Assembly (NCBI GenBank): GCA_001179505.1
Contig: CDMY01000335.1
Coordinates: 51,770 to 115,769 of the forward strand
Source: Vitrella brassicaformis CCMP3155
Taxonomy: Eukaryota; Protista; Chromerida
DNA: 64,000 nucleotides
Direction: 5' to 3'
A program made the position numbers and the translations under genes. Positions 63,421-64,000 of the stretch are shown one piece after another. The first letter of the stretch is position 1; each line of letters opens with the position of its first letter. Under the pieces are notes generated by a model, which was not told where the DNA came from, did no database searches, and saw nothing but the letters and a program-made list of their open reading frames with translations.

Positions 63421-64000
63421 TCTTTCTGGCTATCAAGAAGGGTCCTGGTTGCTCCTCGCTCTCGAGGGCATACTTCTCGAGTGTGACCGTTCGTGCGCTG
63501 GCTCCACTGTCTTCCGGTCAACACGATACGTTTCATACGCTCCCTAACCGAGATGAGCGCGACAAAACCCGCCGGAGCCGAATGGGACGAATTTCACTCG
63601 TTGTTGGCTGCAATGTGCCGACCGGGAGGCTTGCACAGCCTCAGGCGGCCAGATCGCAGCAACAACCATGCACAAGGAGGTACGCGCACAGATGGACAGA
63701 TCATCCCCTATATGAACTTTAGGACACAAGACAAGCTTGTGTGAGTGCACCCACTCGGTCAGGCTGCAAGGGGGGGTGAGCGTGGGCGAAAGTTTTCGGG
63801 CGAAGCTCTGGTGAAGGCTCAAGATGACGGTGCGTGTCTGCACGCATTCATATCCTGCGCAGGACGGTGCGAAGGTGAGCGCCGGACGGATGAGCATGCT
63901 GCCAAGATGGAACATTCGGTGATGTGTGTGTGTCAGTGTGTGTATAACGTACGCATGTGTGAATGCAGATGAGGTCCAAGATGACAGAGCGAAGGGACGG

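Overview
Intron-dense eukaryotic genomic DNA with GC-rich exons, short GT-AG introns packed with (CA)n/(GACA)n/(GATG)n/(GA)n microsatellites, and four 300-N gaps next to G/C runs. The style and the PTEN-C2 formin suggest an alveolate, probably a chromerid such as Vitrella (inference, not verified). Well-supported genes: Strawberry notch helicase-like (minus, 3.1-14.4 kb), a NOX/ferric-reductase oxidase with an internal IQ motif (plus, 15-19 kb), a very large PTEN-C2/UBA/FH1/split-FH2 formin (minus, 24.4-33.2 kb), a secreted bacterial-like repeat protein (minus, 47.1-51.3 kb) enclosed by near-identical 1 kb inverted repeats, and a multi-pass membrane protein (minus, 54.5-56.7 kb). Best candidate for an undescribed system: a tail-to-tail pair at 33.7-36.5 kb of an intronless HsdR-N-like PD-(D/E)xK nuclease with intact catalytic motifs and an intron-containing paralog that has lost them; a signal-peptide exon upstream may splice onto the nuclease. 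Also present: an inverted duplicated SAM-methyltransferase-like gene (left copy disrupted by a 51-bp minisatellite), a ~95 bp TA-flanked MITE, and a diverged direct repeat with a conserved hairpin. All gene models, alignments and family assignments were made by eye; no searches were run.
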